Source: an uncultured Holophagales bacterium
GTDB taxonomy: Bacteria > Acidobacteriota > Thermoanaerobaculia > Multivoradales > UBA5704
Direction of reading: 5' to 3'
NCBI GenBank assembly: GCA_963842525.1
Contig: CAWJGT010000034.1
Coordinates: 640,001-704,000 of the forward strand
Length of the DNA stretch: 64,000 nt
Made by a program: the position numbers and the translations under genes. Under the pieces are notes generated by a model. That model did no database searches. It was given only the letters and a program-made list of their open reading frames with translations, and had not been told where the DNA came from. Positions 1 to 9,575 of the stretch are shown here, piece after piece (positions within the stretch are counted from its first letter, which is position 1; each line of letters starts with the position of its first letter).

Positions 1-1580
1 CCGGGCGACGGCAATTGCGGGAAAGGCGATCCATGGCCTGGGTGGGGTGGGCAAGACACGGCTCGCCATCGAGTATGGCTGGCAGCATGCGGCGGAGTAC
101 TCGGCCGTGCTCTTCGTAGGTGCGGGCTCGCCGGCCGATCTGCGGCGCAACCTCGCGGCGCTCTGCTCAGTGCTGGACCTTCCGGAGCAGGCGGTGCCCG
201 AGGAGGAGGTGCGGGAGGCGGCCGTCCTGCGCCGGCTCGGCGAGCTGCCGGGGTGGCTGCTGATCCTCGACAACGTCGACTCGCCCGATGCGGCCGCGGC
301 GGTGGACGCCCTCGTGGCCCGCCTCCACGGCGGCCATGTGCTGCTCACCGGCCGGCTCGCCCGCTGGGGCGCGGAGGTGGAAGCGATCGAGCTCGACCTG
401 CTCGCCGAGGAAGCCGCCGCCGCCTTCCTCCTCGCGCGCACCGCCAACTGCCGCCGTGCCACGCCGGACGACGCCGCCCACGCCACCACTCTCGCGCGGG
501 AGCTGGGCTATCTCCCCCTCGCCTTGGAACAAGCCGGTGCGGCGATCGCCGGCCGAAGGTTGACCTTCCCTGCGTACCTCAAGGACTGGGCGACGCGGCG
601 CGAGCAGGTGCTCACCTGGTTCGATCCGCGCGTGAGCCACTATCCGGTGAGCTTCGCCGTCACCTGGCAGACCTCGGTGGACCGCCTCTCCGCCCCCGCC
701 CGGCATCTCCTCGAGCGGCTCGCCTGGCTGGGTCCGGAGCCGATCCCGGAGTCGCTGTTGGAAGTGCCGGTGCCCGGGCTCCCCGAGGAGTCGAACCCGG
801 ATCCCCGCGACGCCCTCGCCGAGCTCGCGACGTGGTCCTTGGTGGCCCGCGCGGCCGAGACACCCACCTTCACCGTGCATCGGCTGGTGCAGGACGTCAC
901 CCGCCGCAGCTTGCGGAACGATCCCGGCCAGGGCCTGCTGACCGAGGCCCTCCGCTGGGTGAATGCCGCTTTCGTGGGTGAGCCCCAGGACGTCCGCACC
1001 TGGCCTGTCCTCGACCCCCTCACCCCTCACGCCCGCGCCGTCGTCGCCTTTGCAGACACCGAAGGGATCACCGAGCCCACGGCGCGGCTCATGAATCGAG
1101 CTCGCCATTTTGCTCCACACCAAGACGCTTGCAGGCGAGGCCGAGCCGCTGATGCGACGCGCGCTCGCGATCGACGAGGCGAGCTTCGGGCCGGAGCACC
1201 CCGAGGTCGCCACCGACCTCAACAACCTAGCCCTATTGCTCAAGGACACGAACCGTCTCGGCGAGGCCGAGCCGCTGATGCGACGCGCGCTCGCGATCGA
1301 TGAGGCGAGCTTCGGGACGGAGCACCCCAAAGTCGCCACCGACCTCAACAACCTGGCCCTGTTGCTCCAGGCTACGAGCCGCCTCGGCGAGGCCGAGCCG
1401 CTGATGCGACGCCATCTGGTCATCTTCCTCGAATTCACGCGCCGCACCGGGTACGAGCACCCGCGTCTGCAGGCGGCCTTCGCCAACTACCGGCTCCTGC
1501 TCCGGGAGATGGGCAAGACCGAAGAGGAAATCGAGGCGGCGTTTGCGGAGTTGGCTGGGCCGGCATCAGGCGGTGCCTGA
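1..1580 (+). CDS. NB-ARC (STAND NTPase) + TPR protein, 5' end outside window; one frameshift near 1097
   Basis: Walker A IHGLGGVGKT at the window start, Walker B WLLILDNVD, GxP-like GYLPLALEQAG and MHD-like VHRLVQ. Removing one base near 1097 joins ORF 47..1303 to the TPR ORF 1110..1580 (MNQLAILLHTK...). Confidence 0.88.
1135..1412 (+). repeat. 126-bp tandem coding repeats (42-aa TPR units)
   Basis: GEAEPLMRR occurs three times at 126-nt spacing. Two full units read ALAIDEASFG.EHP.VATDLNNLALLL with near-identical DNA. Confidence 0.85.
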
Positions 1581-1613
1581 AACAACAGATGGCGCGAAAG
1601 GCGACGGATTGCA

Positions 1614-1886
1614 GTAGAGACGCCCCAGTCCGTAACCACGAACCTACCGGGTGCACACAGTCGGGGCGTCTCATGGCCTCAGAGACCACCAAACGCCGGC
1701 AGCACACCACAAAACGCCGATATGGGTTCCACCGTGCGGCGGATGATGACGGGCTGCGTTCCCTGCGAACAGCGGCCTGTGCGGTGTTTCCTGCGCGAGA
1801 TCGAACCCGTTTCGATGGCGAGGCCTTGAGACGCCCCGACTGTTTGCACCCGGTCGTTCCGTGGTCACGGACTGGGGCGTCTCTAC
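1614..1886. repeat. GTAG-type REP doublet (REPIN/MITE-like): 67-bp inverted arms 1614-1680 and 1820-1886
   Basis: The left arm gtagagacgccccagtcc...ggggcgtctcatggcctc matches the reverse complement of 1820-1886 with a few mismatches. Each arm is itself a GAGACGCCCC/GGGGCGTCTC hairpin preceded by GTAG. It lies between convergent genes. Confidence 0.8.
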
Positions 1887-1898
1887 CCCACCGCCCGT

Positions 1899-3344
1899 CT
1901 ATCCGCTCGGCTCGAAGAATGCGTGAAACCCTAGGTGCAGCGGCGAATCCAGGCGCAGGGTGGCCCGCGGGCCGGAGGCGAGGTCGAAGGCGTCGAAGAC
2001 CAGGAAGGCGCTCTCGTTCCGGCGGGGATCGAACGACTGGCAGATCACCGCGCCCCCCTCCCCCGCAGGGTCCGGCGCGAAGGCGGGCTCGCCGCCCAGG
2101 TAGATGCCCGGCGGCGCCTGCCAGATGTCCCAACCGCCCGACCAGGAGACGGAGACGACCTGGTCGAAAAACTTGCGCCCGTTGCGGCCGGTCGCCGAGA
2201 TCCCCAGCATCCAGAGGTTCTGGTAGGGGCGACCGAAATGTCGCGGATCGATGGCCGGGAAATCCGGGGCCGAGCGGTAGGCCAGCTCGCGGCGGTCCAC
2301 CACCTCTCCAGCTTGGAGGTCGATGACGAACCGGACCGGGCCTCCGGGGCCAACCGTTATGAAGAGGTCCGGGAGGGTTTCGTACTGATCGTAGATCGGC
2401 CGCTCCAGCTCGACGACGTCCACCACCAGCCGGCCGTCTTCCTCGAAGACATTGATTGTATGGAGGACGTGCCCCTGCCCCACTGGCACGGTGGCGACGA
2501 GCTCGCCGGTCTCGCGCGAGGCGATCAGGAGATAGCTCCCCTGCTCGGGCTCCCAGCGCAGCGACTCCATGAGGGTCCGCCCGTCCCGCGCCAGCGCGGC
2601 CATGTTCAGATAGAGCGGCGAGGCGTGCACCACGATGTGCCGCGGTCCGAGGGCGAAGTCGTGAATGGACGACGGCCCCGCGAGGTCGAGCCGGCGGCGC
2701 CAGACGAGCCGGCCCTCAGGATCGAACCGGTAGAGGTTCACCATGGGGTGCTCGCTGGCGTAGGAGACCCCGAAGTTGAACAGCTCTCCGGTGTGCGGGT
2801 CGATCTTGGGATGGGCAGCGAACGGAGCGATCGGATTGAGGCCGCCGCCAAAATTGAAGGTACCGCGCGTCTCCAGCGTCACCGGGTCGAGCTCGTACGG
2901 GAGCCCCTGCTCGCCCAGGGCCAGCAGCCTGCCGCCGAAGGGATAGACGCTCACGTTGACCGGCGACTCCAGGGCCACGCCGCGCACCAGCCGGTCGCCC
3001 TCGAACCGCGTTCCGAAAGTGCGAAAGAGCGCCCGTCCGGCCTCCTCCTCGGCGGTCCATTTGGAGCTGCGCACGAAGCGGGTGGTGAGGTGCGCACCGC
3101 TATCGTCAAAGCGCAGGGCGCAGACCATGCCGTCGCCGTCCAGCCAGTGGCGATAGCGCAGGCCGCCTCTCTCGAAACGGGCGGGTCCGTTGAGGTAGTA
3201 GGTGCCGCGCACGAAGGCGGGGACCTCGCCTTCGACAGGCACCGGACACGAGCGCTCCGCGGGCACGAAGGCGAAGGCCCGTTCCAATCCCGGAGCGAGG
3301 TCCTCCGCCGGAGGTGCTGCAGGGAGACGCTCGGACACGATCAC
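1899..3344 (-). CDS. Carotenoid cleavage oxygenase family (RPE65/lignostilbene dioxygenase-like)
   Basis: GTYYLNGP and HWLDGDGMV motifs plus four candidate Fe-ligand His (FAAHPK, SIHDF, VLHTIN, GFHA). A GTG start at 3344 overlaps the upstream stop (GTGA). Confidence 0.9.
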   Translation of the reverse strand: MIVSERLPAAPPAEDLAPGLERAFAFVPAERSCPVPVEGEVPAFVRGTYYLNGPARFERGGLRYRHWLDGDGMVCALRFDDSGAHLTTRFVRSSKWTAEEEAGRALFRTFGTRFEGDRLVRGVALESPVNVSVYPFGGRLLALGEQGLPYELDPVTLETRGTFNFGGGLNPIAPFAAHPKIDPHTGELFNFGVSYASEHPMVNLYRFDPEGRLVWRRRLDLAGPSSIHDFALGPRHIVVHASPLYLNMAALARDGRTLMESLRWEPEQGSYLLIASRETGELVATVPVGQGHVLHTINVFEEDGRLVVDVVELERPIYDQYETLPDLFITVGPGGPVRFVIDLQAGEVVDRRELAYRSAPDFPAIDPRHFGRPYQNLWMLGISATGRNGRKFFDQVVSVSWSGGWDIWQAPPGIYLGGEPAFAPDPAGEGGAVICQSFDPRRNESAFLVFDAFDLASGPRATLRLDSPLHLGFHAFFEPSG

Positions 3345-5116
3345 CGGTGGCCTCCTCCGGCCATGGCCTGCACGGTCTCTTCCATCGCGGCGGTACCGCG
3401 GAAGCGGTCGGGCGACATCGGCTCGAAATTCCACTTCCAGGTCCGCTTGGTTTCCCGGCAGGCGGCCATCTGCTCGCGCATGGCCTCGGGATCAAAGGAC
3501 AGGTTTTCCAGGTCGATCGCACCCACGAAGTCGGGATGGGTCAGAGTCCTCGGGTCCTCCAGCACGTTTGCGGCCACGTGAGCATAGATCCAGCGCGCCA
3601 TCTCTTCCAGATTGGTGAGCTGCTGGTCGAGGAGCTGTTTGGCCTCGTCGGCCGAGACGCCGACGCGGTAGAAAAGCTCTCCCGCCTTGCCCAGGGCCCA
3701 GGCCTCGTAGAACTCGAAGAGGACGGGCTCCGGCGGCAGCTCGGTCCGGTTCACCTTCTTCCAGCGGTAGTAGTCGCGCAGGAATTCGTGCAGCTTGCGG
3801 TTGATCGGCCCCAGGCGCGAGAAGCGCCGCAGGAAACCTGGGAGGAATGCGCGGTCGGTGAACAGGTCGTTGATGAATGGGAAGACGAAGAAGCCGAAGT
3901 AGATGGCGAGCTCCCAGACATAGCGCAGCGAGTAGGCCTCCTGGTCGCCCAGGATTTCGTAGCTGATCGCGAAGCTGGGTATGTACGACTCGTAGACCGC
4001 CCGCTCCACGCCTTCGTAGAGGCGGACTTTCTGCTCCAGCTCGCGGCGGTCGCGGGTGAGGATCGCGTCCGTGACCAGCGTGTTGTAGCTGGAGATCAGA
4101 TCGCCGCCCGGGCTGTAGAGCGGATCGGTGAAGCGGCCGGCCTCCCCCACCATGGCCCAGCCGTCGGCCGAAATGGTTTGCGCGCAGTCATGGGCGAAGC
4201 TGTCGAACCCGCCCTTGCCGACGATCGTGCGGTGCGGCAGGTCACGGGCAAACATCGGGTACCGCTTGCAGACCCAGTCGATGCACTGGGCGGGCGTGCG
4301 CACCTCATTGCGGTTGATGAGGTCGGCGTCATAGACCAGGCCGAGGCTGGTGCGGCCGTGCAACGGGATCACCCAGAACCAATACCCTTCGCCGCAAAAG
4401 TGATTGGTTGCGAGCAGGGCCGGCACATGGCCGAGAGCCGCGCGGTCGGGGCGCAGGCGGATCTCGCGCGGCGACAGGTCGGTGAGCCGCTCGATATCGA
4501 CGAGGCCGTCGACCCAGAAGAAGGACGTCCCGTGATGGATCGGGCTCTGCCGCAGCAGGCCGAGCTTCTTGGCCAGGATGCGGCTGCGCCCCGAGGCATC
4601 GACGACCCAGCGCGTGCTGCCGGAGACCTCGCCCGCCTCGCTGCGGAAACGGAAGGTGTGGCGCTCGCCGCCCTTGCCGAGGTCGATCTCCAGGTCGCGG
4701 GCCGGCGCATGGAATTCGAAATTCGGGCTCTGGCGGTTGAGCCGCAGAACCTCGGCTTCGATCTTGTTACGATCGAGCTGATAGGTGACGATGTTGGACA
4801 GGCCGCGGATATAGGACTTGCTGACGTCCTCGTAGCGGTCGCTTCCGAGGCCGCTCGGCCAATAGAAGCGGAGGTTGTACTTCATATAGTGCTCGCAGAG
4901 CAGGTGCTCTTCGAGGTCCAGGACGCGCGCGTAGTAGTAGCCGCTCATCTGGACGGTCGCCTCCCCCACTTTCTGTTCCCTGCGGGGGACATCCGCCCGG
5001 CGGTCGATCATCACGATGCGCAGATCCGGATCGGCGAGCAGGAGTTGGCGGCCGAGGCAGCCCCCGGCGAGGCCCGCGCCCACGATCAGGACGTCACAGT
5101 CGACGTTTCTCTCCAT
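3341..5116 (-). CDS. Flavin-dependent halogenase-like FAD oxidoreductase (about 591 aa)
   Basis: Start MERNVDCDVLIVGAGLAG (GxGxxG), KVGEAT, HYMKYNLRFYW (candidate catalytic Lys), WFWVIPL (WxWxIP) and VGEAGRFTDPLYSPG. Confidence 0.75.
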   Translation of the reverse strand: MERNVDCDVLIVGAGLAGGCLGRQLLLADPDLRIVMIDRRADVPRREQKVGEATVQMSGYYYARVLDLEEHLLCEHYMKYNLRFYWPSGLGSDRYEDVSKSYIRGLSNIVTYQLDRNKIEAEVLRLNRQSPNFEFHAPARDLEIDLGKGGERHTFRFRSEAGEVSGSTRWVVDASGRSRILAKKLGLLRQSPIHHGTSFFWVDGLVDIERLTDLSPREIRLRPDRAALGHVPALLATNHFCGEGYWFWVIPLHGRTSLGLVYDADLINRNEVRTPAQCIDWVCKRYPMFARDLPHRTIVGKGGFDSFAHDCAQTISADGWAMVGEAGRFTDPLYSPGGDLISSYNTLVTDAILTRDRRELEQKVRLYEGVERAVYESYIPSFAISYEILGDQEAYSLRYVWELAIYFGFFVFPFINDLFTDRAFLPGFLRRFSRLGPINRKLHEFLRDYYRWKKVNRTELPPEPVLFEFYEAWALGKAGELFYRVGVSADEAKQLLDQQLTNLEEMARWIYAHVAANVLEDPRTLTHPDFVGAIDLENLSFDPEAMREQMAACRETKRTWKWNFEPMSPDRFRGTAAMEETVQAMAGGGHR

Positions 5117-6654
5117 GACTTCTCCACATGCGCCGCCTCCCCGGTGGGAGCGCCGCCTCCTTGAAGGATCGTCTGGGCCACCTGTTGGGCCGAGACGATC
5201 ACGGGGGTGATGCCCCCGCCAGGCCGCGTCCAATGCCCGACGAGGTACAGGTTGGCCAAGGGGCTCATCAGCTCGGGACGCCCGTCGCCGAGCTGCTCGG
5301 GCGACATCTCCCAGCCGAGCATGGCTCCGCGCTGGTTCAGCGTGAAACGCCAGGACGTGTGCGCCGAAGCGCTGGTGCTCACCACGATCCGCTCGGTGAT
5401 CCCGGGGATCATCCGTTCGAGATTGGTGTAGACGAAGCTCTCCGTCTGCCGCTTGTGCTCCGTCCAGTCGGCAACGGCGTCGTAGTCGATGTCCATCACT
5501 TTCTGGACGATCAGGATCTGCCGGCCGGGCGGCGCCATCTCCGGCTCGTAGAGGGTCGGCACGAAGATCTTGAAGCGCAGGGCGTCGCGGCCGACCCGGT
5601 CCATGTCCCAGCCGTCCCAGTAGTAGCCCTGGGCCTCCTCCAGAACGTCGGCAGGCACCCCCTCGAGGCCCAGATGGGTGAGCCAGCACGGGAAGGTGGG
5701 CCGCAGGCGGCGCAGCTCTTCGATCCTCTCGCGCCCGAGATGCCCGGCACCGATCAGCTCCTCGAAGGTCAGCCGCAGGTCGGCGTTCGAGACCACCACG
5801 CCGGAGCGCACCCGCAGCCTCTGGCCGCGGTGCGGGAGCGAGCCGCGGAGGGTCTCGATCTCAACTCCCACCGCCCGGCCATCCTCGACCAGGATGCGGT
5901 GTGCCCGCGTGCTGATCAGCAGGTGCCCCCCGCGTTCCTCGAAGCAGCGGGCCAGGTCGTCGGCGAACGCCTGCGAGCCTCCCTGGGGATAGTAGTTGCC
6001 GAGGAAGTAGGACAACCGCAGCATGGAATCGAAGACGAACGAGGTGCGGCCCGGCGGCGAGCCCCAGTGCGCGCAGTCGGCGGTGAGGAGCAGCTTGAGC
6101 TTGGGATCGCGGAACCAGCGGTCGAGGGCCTGGCGGACAGTGAGGTCGACGTACGGCCGCAGGCGCTCGAGCTGGTTCAGGGGCCGGCCGCGGAAGTAAT
6201 GGAGCAGGCCCAGGAGGTAGCACTCGCGGACCGCGGCGAAGAACGAGTCGAGGGCCGCGGCCTCGTCCGGGAACTCGGCCTTGACCTTGACCAGGTAGTC
6301 GTCGAGATCGGCCGGCACGGCGAAACGCGAGCCGTCCGGGAAGTGGAAGGTGTCCACCGGGTCCATCTTGACCCAGCCGGTGGTGACGCCGATTTCGGCG
6401 AGGAGCCGGCCGGTCAGGGTGTCCGGGTTGCCCAGCAGCGGATAGAAATGGGTCGCGGCGTCGAAGGTGTAGCCGCCGCGGCGGAAGGTGCTGCAATAGC
6501 CGCCCACCATGTAGTGCTGCTCCACCAGCAGGACCCGGAGGCCCCGGCGCGCCAGCAGGTTGGCGGTGATGAGGCCGCCGATGCCGGCACCGATCACGAC
6601 CGCGTCGTAGGTCGGATCGGGCGAGCGGCGCAATCCGCGGAAGGGCCTCTTCAC
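5086..6654 (-). CDS. Phytoene desaturase/CrtISO/retinol-saturase family FAD oxidoreductase
   Basis: YDAVVIGAGIGGL, GGYCSTFRRGGYTFD, YPQGGSQA and C-terminal LYLVGHWTRPGGGI. Confidence 0.85.
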   Translation of the reverse strand: MKRPFRGLRRSPDPTYDAVVIGAGIGGLITANLLARRGLRVLLVEQHYMVGGYCSTFRRGGYTFDAATHFYPLLGNPDTLTGRLLAEIGVTTGWVKMDPVDTFHFPDGSRFAVPADLDDYLVKVKAEFPDEAAALDSFFAAVRECYLLGLLHYFRGRPLNQLERLRPYVDLTVRQALDRWFRDPKLKLLLTADCAHWGSPPGRTSFVFDSMLRLSYFLGNYYPQGGSQAFADDLARCFEERGGHLLISTRAHRILVEDGRAVGVEIETLRGSLPHRGQRLRVRSGVVVSNADLRLTFEELIGAGHLGRERIEELRRLRPTFPCWLTHLGLEGVPADVLEEAQGYYWDGWDMDRVGRDALRFKIFVPTLYEPEMAPPGRQILIVQKVMDIDYDAVADWTEHKRQTESFVYTNLERMIPGITERIVVSTSASAHTSWRFTLNQRGAMLGWEMSPEQLGDGRPELMSPLANLYLVGHWTRPGGGITPVIVSAQQVAQTILQGGGAPTGEAAHVEKSWRETSTVTS

Positions 6655-8339
6655 GCGGCCTTCCTCCCGTCCTCGGCCGCCTCGTCCGCAAAGACCGAGC
6701 CGCGGAAGATCGAGCGGCGCCGGCGCAGCATCTCCTGGATCGCCTCCTCCATCCGGCCCCGCACCTCGTGGCTGATCTCGTGCACAGTAGCTGGATCATC
6801 CGCCGCTTCGGGCGGGAAGCGGAGCTGGACCGGGATCGGCTCCAGGAACCGTGTATGCCATTTCGAGGGGAGCGGCAGGCCGGGCAGCGGGAAGGTCGGC
6901 GTGATCGGCAGGAACGGCCACTCGGCCACCCGCCGGACCAGCTTCGAATCGACGCGCGCCAGGATCGGGTAGATCTCGGCGCTCCCCACGGTGACGAAGG
7001 GCACGATGGGAGCGCGGTTGCGCAGGGCCATCTTCACGTACTCGTCGCGGCCGAACTTGCCGAGCCGGTAGGCGTCCCGGTACATGGTGAAGGCGCCCTG
7101 GATCCCTTCCGGGAACATGCCCAGCATCCCTTCGCGGGCGAGCACCCAGTCGGCGTTCTCCTGGCAGGCCACGATGCCGCCGAGCTTGATCATGTAGTTG
7201 GCCAGGAACGGGAACTTGACCAGGCAGGGATGGATCAGGAAGCGCGGGATGCGGCCGGTCTCGCGCCGCAGCAGGTGAACGGCCATGACCCCGTCCCACG
7301 GCATGAAGCCACGGTGGACGCCCGTCAGCACCACCCGGCCCTGGCGCGGCACGTTCTCGATCCCGCGGTGCTCGATCCGCCAGTAGGCGTCGTGGAGGAA
7401 GCGGAAGAGGGTGCGCGACCAGGCGGCGATGTACTTCTCGTCCAGGCCGTAGTCGTCGAAGGTGGGGGCCGCGACCGGGGGTCCGTCCTTCTGTCCGAAC
7501 GCCTCCAGGACGGCCTCGGCGCTGGTCTTCGCGGGGACGAAGCCGAGCTCGCGCTCGATCTTGCGGCCCGAGACGGTCCAGGAGTGGCGCAGGTATTCGA
7601 GCTGCGCACCGGCCCAGCGCGGGCCGGCGAGACGCCGTGTCCCGGCGAGGCGCAGGGCGCCGCGGACCGTGACGGTCCCGGCCGGCGCCACGTGGTAGAC
7701 GCCCGGCTTCCCCGCTCCGCGTTCCACGGCGCAGGCCACGGCCGAGTCGAGATCGCCGGGGGCGAGGAGCTGCAGGGACGGATCGAAGCCGGCCGGCACG
7801 AACGCGGTCCGCCCGCGCAGCAGGCGCGAGAAGAAATTCTCGCCGTCGCGCGTCACGACCGGTGCCGGGCGGAGGATCAGGAGCTCCGCACCCAGCCCGG
7901 CACACCGCGACTCCGCCAGGGTCTCCAGCTCGCGCCAGGCGCGGGCGATCGGATTCTCTCCCCGCGGCTTCTGCGTCTCGGGCAGATAGCCCTGGTTGTG
8001 ATGGCTCGGGTCGTGGACCAGCGAGCTCGACAGCAGGACGACCCTGGGGGCCTGGAGAGACGCGAAGACAGCCGCGGCGTCGGCGAGGTCCGGCCGCATG
8101 CCGTCCTTGATGAGAGGCGGTCGGTAGAGGAAGACCTCACCCCCTGGCCCCCTCTCCCATCTCCCACCCGCCCGGCCCCGGGAGAGGGGGGACGCAGTTG
8201 GTGCACCTGAGGCGAGGTCGGAGCCCAGCGGCTCGAAATCTTCTGACATCGGACTCGCCGCGGAATTCCCAGCTACGTCCCCCCTCTCCCGGCGGGGGGT
8301 GGAAGGGAGATGGGAGAGGGGGACAGGGGGTGAGGTCAT
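6651..8339 (-). CDS. Degenerate NAD-epimerase/SDR-like domain fused to a PlsC-type lysophospholipid acyltransferase; REP-derived N-terminus
   Basis: The C-terminal half has GIENVP, HxxxxxD-like HRGFMPWD and FPEG. The N-terminal half has SDR-like VVLLSS and LILRPAPV but no clear GxxGxxG. RBS GAGGAGG precedes ATG 8339. Confidence 0.8.
   Translation of the reverse strand: MTSPPVPLSHLPSTPRRERGDVAGNSAASPMSEDFEPLGSDLASGAPTASPLSRGRAGGRWERGPGGEVFLYRPPLIKDGMRPDLADAAAVFASLQAPRVVLLSSSLVHDPSHHNQGYLPETQKPRGENPIARAWRELETLAESRCAGLGAELLILRPAPVVTRDGENFFSRLLRGRTAFVPAGFDPSLQLLAPGDLDSAVACAVERGAGKPGVYHVAPAGTVTVRGALRLAGTRRLAGPRWAGAQLEYLRHSWTVSGRKIERELGFVPAKTSAEAVLEAFGQKDGPPVAAPTFDDYGLDEKYIAAWSRTLFRFLHDAYWRIEHRGIENVPRQGRVVLTGVHRGFMPWDGVMAVHLLRRETGRIPRFLIHPCLVKFPFLANYMIKLGGIVACQENADWVLAREGMLGMFPEGIQGAFTMYRDAYRLGKFGRDEYVKMALRNRAPIVPFVTVGSAEIYPILARVDSKLVRRVAEWPFLPITPTFPLPGLPLPSKWHTRFLEPIPVQLRFPPEAADDPATVHEISHEVRGRMEEAIQEMLRRRRSIFRGSVFADEAAEDGRKAA
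8133..8337. repeat. CCTCACCCCC-family palindromic element pair inside a coding sequence (arms about 8133-8201 and 8269-8337)
   Basis: gacctcaccccctggccccctctcccatctccc...gggagaggggggacg is matched in inverted orientation by 8276-8337. Confidence 0.8.
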
Positions 8340-8352
8340 GGCAACAGCCTCC

Positions 8353-9570
8353 TCAGTCCACCGGACGGTTGCGGCCGTAGGTCTCGTGGGCGTCGACGAA
8401 TTCGCCGCTGGCGATGGCGCCCGCCATGGACAACTCGCCGGCGAGGAGCGTGGCGGCGGCGATCTCTGCCAAGCGCGGCGCGCCGCCCGGGCCCGCGCAG
8501 CCGAGCATCTCCAGGCACTCGCGCGCCGTGCCCAGGCCGGTGCCGCCGCCGACCGTGGCCACCGTGAGCGCCGGCAGGGTGACGCTGGCGTAGAGGTCCC
8601 CTTCCGGCGTGGCCTCGAAACAGGTGATCCCCACGGCCGAGTTGGCGACGTTGGCCACGTCCTGGCCGCAGGCGATGAAAAGGGCGGTCAAGCCGTTGGC
8701 GAAGTGGCCGTTGTAGCCGAGCGTGCCCCCCTGGAGATGGCCGAGCACGGTGTGGCGCCAGAGGTCGGCCATCTCCTGCGGCGTGGTGTGCAGGTAGGCG
8801 CGCACCACCCGCGCCGGCAGGCGCGCTCCCGCAATCACCTTCTTTCCCTTGCCGCCGGCAAAGAGCGAGCCGCTGGCCCGCTTCTCCGATTCGAGGCCGC
8901 TGAAGATGTAGTGGCGCCGGGCCCGGGTGTTGGCGAGCAGCCAGCGGCAGGCCTTGTCGGTGGCCTTGACGATCATGTTCATGCCGTGGGCGTCGCCGGT
9001 CGAATAGACGAAATGGACCATCACCTCGCGGCCCACCGGCTGCGGCTCGATGCGGAGCAGCCGGCCGTGGCGGGTGGTGGACTCGGCCTCGGTGCGCAGC
9101 GACTCGAAGCGGGCCGGCAGCTCGCGGGCGAAATCGGCCGCCTCGGCGATGCTGTCGAGCACGAACACGGGGGTGACGCGGTTCTCGTCGGCGAGCAGCC
9201 GCACCTGGGCGCCGCCCGAGCGGGTGAGGGCCACCATGCCGCGCTCGTAGGAGCGCACGAGCGCCCCTTCGGTGGTGGCCAGGGGGACGTAGACCTCGCC
9301 GCGCGCGTGCTCGCCGTCGATCTTCAGCGGGCCGGCCAGGCCGAGCGGCACCTGGACGGCGCCGATCGGGTTTTCGATGTTTCCCTGCATCGACTCGCCG
9401 GGCAGCGTGCAGGCGCCCACGTGCCGGAGGCCGGCGCCGGTCCGCTCCTCGATCCAGCGTCGCCGGGCCGCGATGTCGTCGTCGCCATAGCCCTGGCCAT
9501 CCAGGCGCGGCACCAGGTCGTGGGTCCGTTCGGGCGCCGCCGGCTCGGCGGCCTCTGGGGGCCGGCGCAC
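8353..9570 (-). CDS. Class I HMG-CoA reductase-like protein (divergent)
   Basis: ENPIG, PLATTEGALVRS, TGDAHGMNM, GYNGHFAN, CGQDVA, TVGGGT, LAGELS and C-terminal His (DAH). Probable GTG start at 9570 after GGAGG. Confidence 0.88.
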   Translation of the reverse strand: MRRPPEAAEPAAPERTHDLVPRLDGQGYGDDDIAARRRWIEERTGAGLRHVGACTLPGESMQGNIENPIGAVQVPLGLAGPLKIDGEHARGEVYVPLATTEGALVRSYERGMVALTRSGGAQVRLLADENRVTPVFVLDSIAEAADFARELPARFESLRTEAESTTRHGRLLRIEPQPVGREVMVHFVYSTGDAHGMNMIVKATDKACRWLLANTRARRHYIFSGLESEKRASGSLFAGGKGKKVIAGARLPARVVRAYLHTTPQEMADLWRHTVLGHLQGGTLGYNGHFANGLTALFIACGQDVANVANSAVGITCFEATPEGDLYASVTLPALTVATVGGGTGLGTARECLEMLGCAGPGGAPRLAEIAAATLLAGELSMAGAIASGEFVDAHETYGRNRPVD

Positions 9571-9575
9571 TCCGC

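Noticed and set aside
1899-9570. Conventional carotenoid or mevalonate pathway
   Set aside because: No phytoene synthase, GGPP synthase, HMG-CoA synthase or mevalonate kinases in the window. The genes are coupled to ACP/KS instead.
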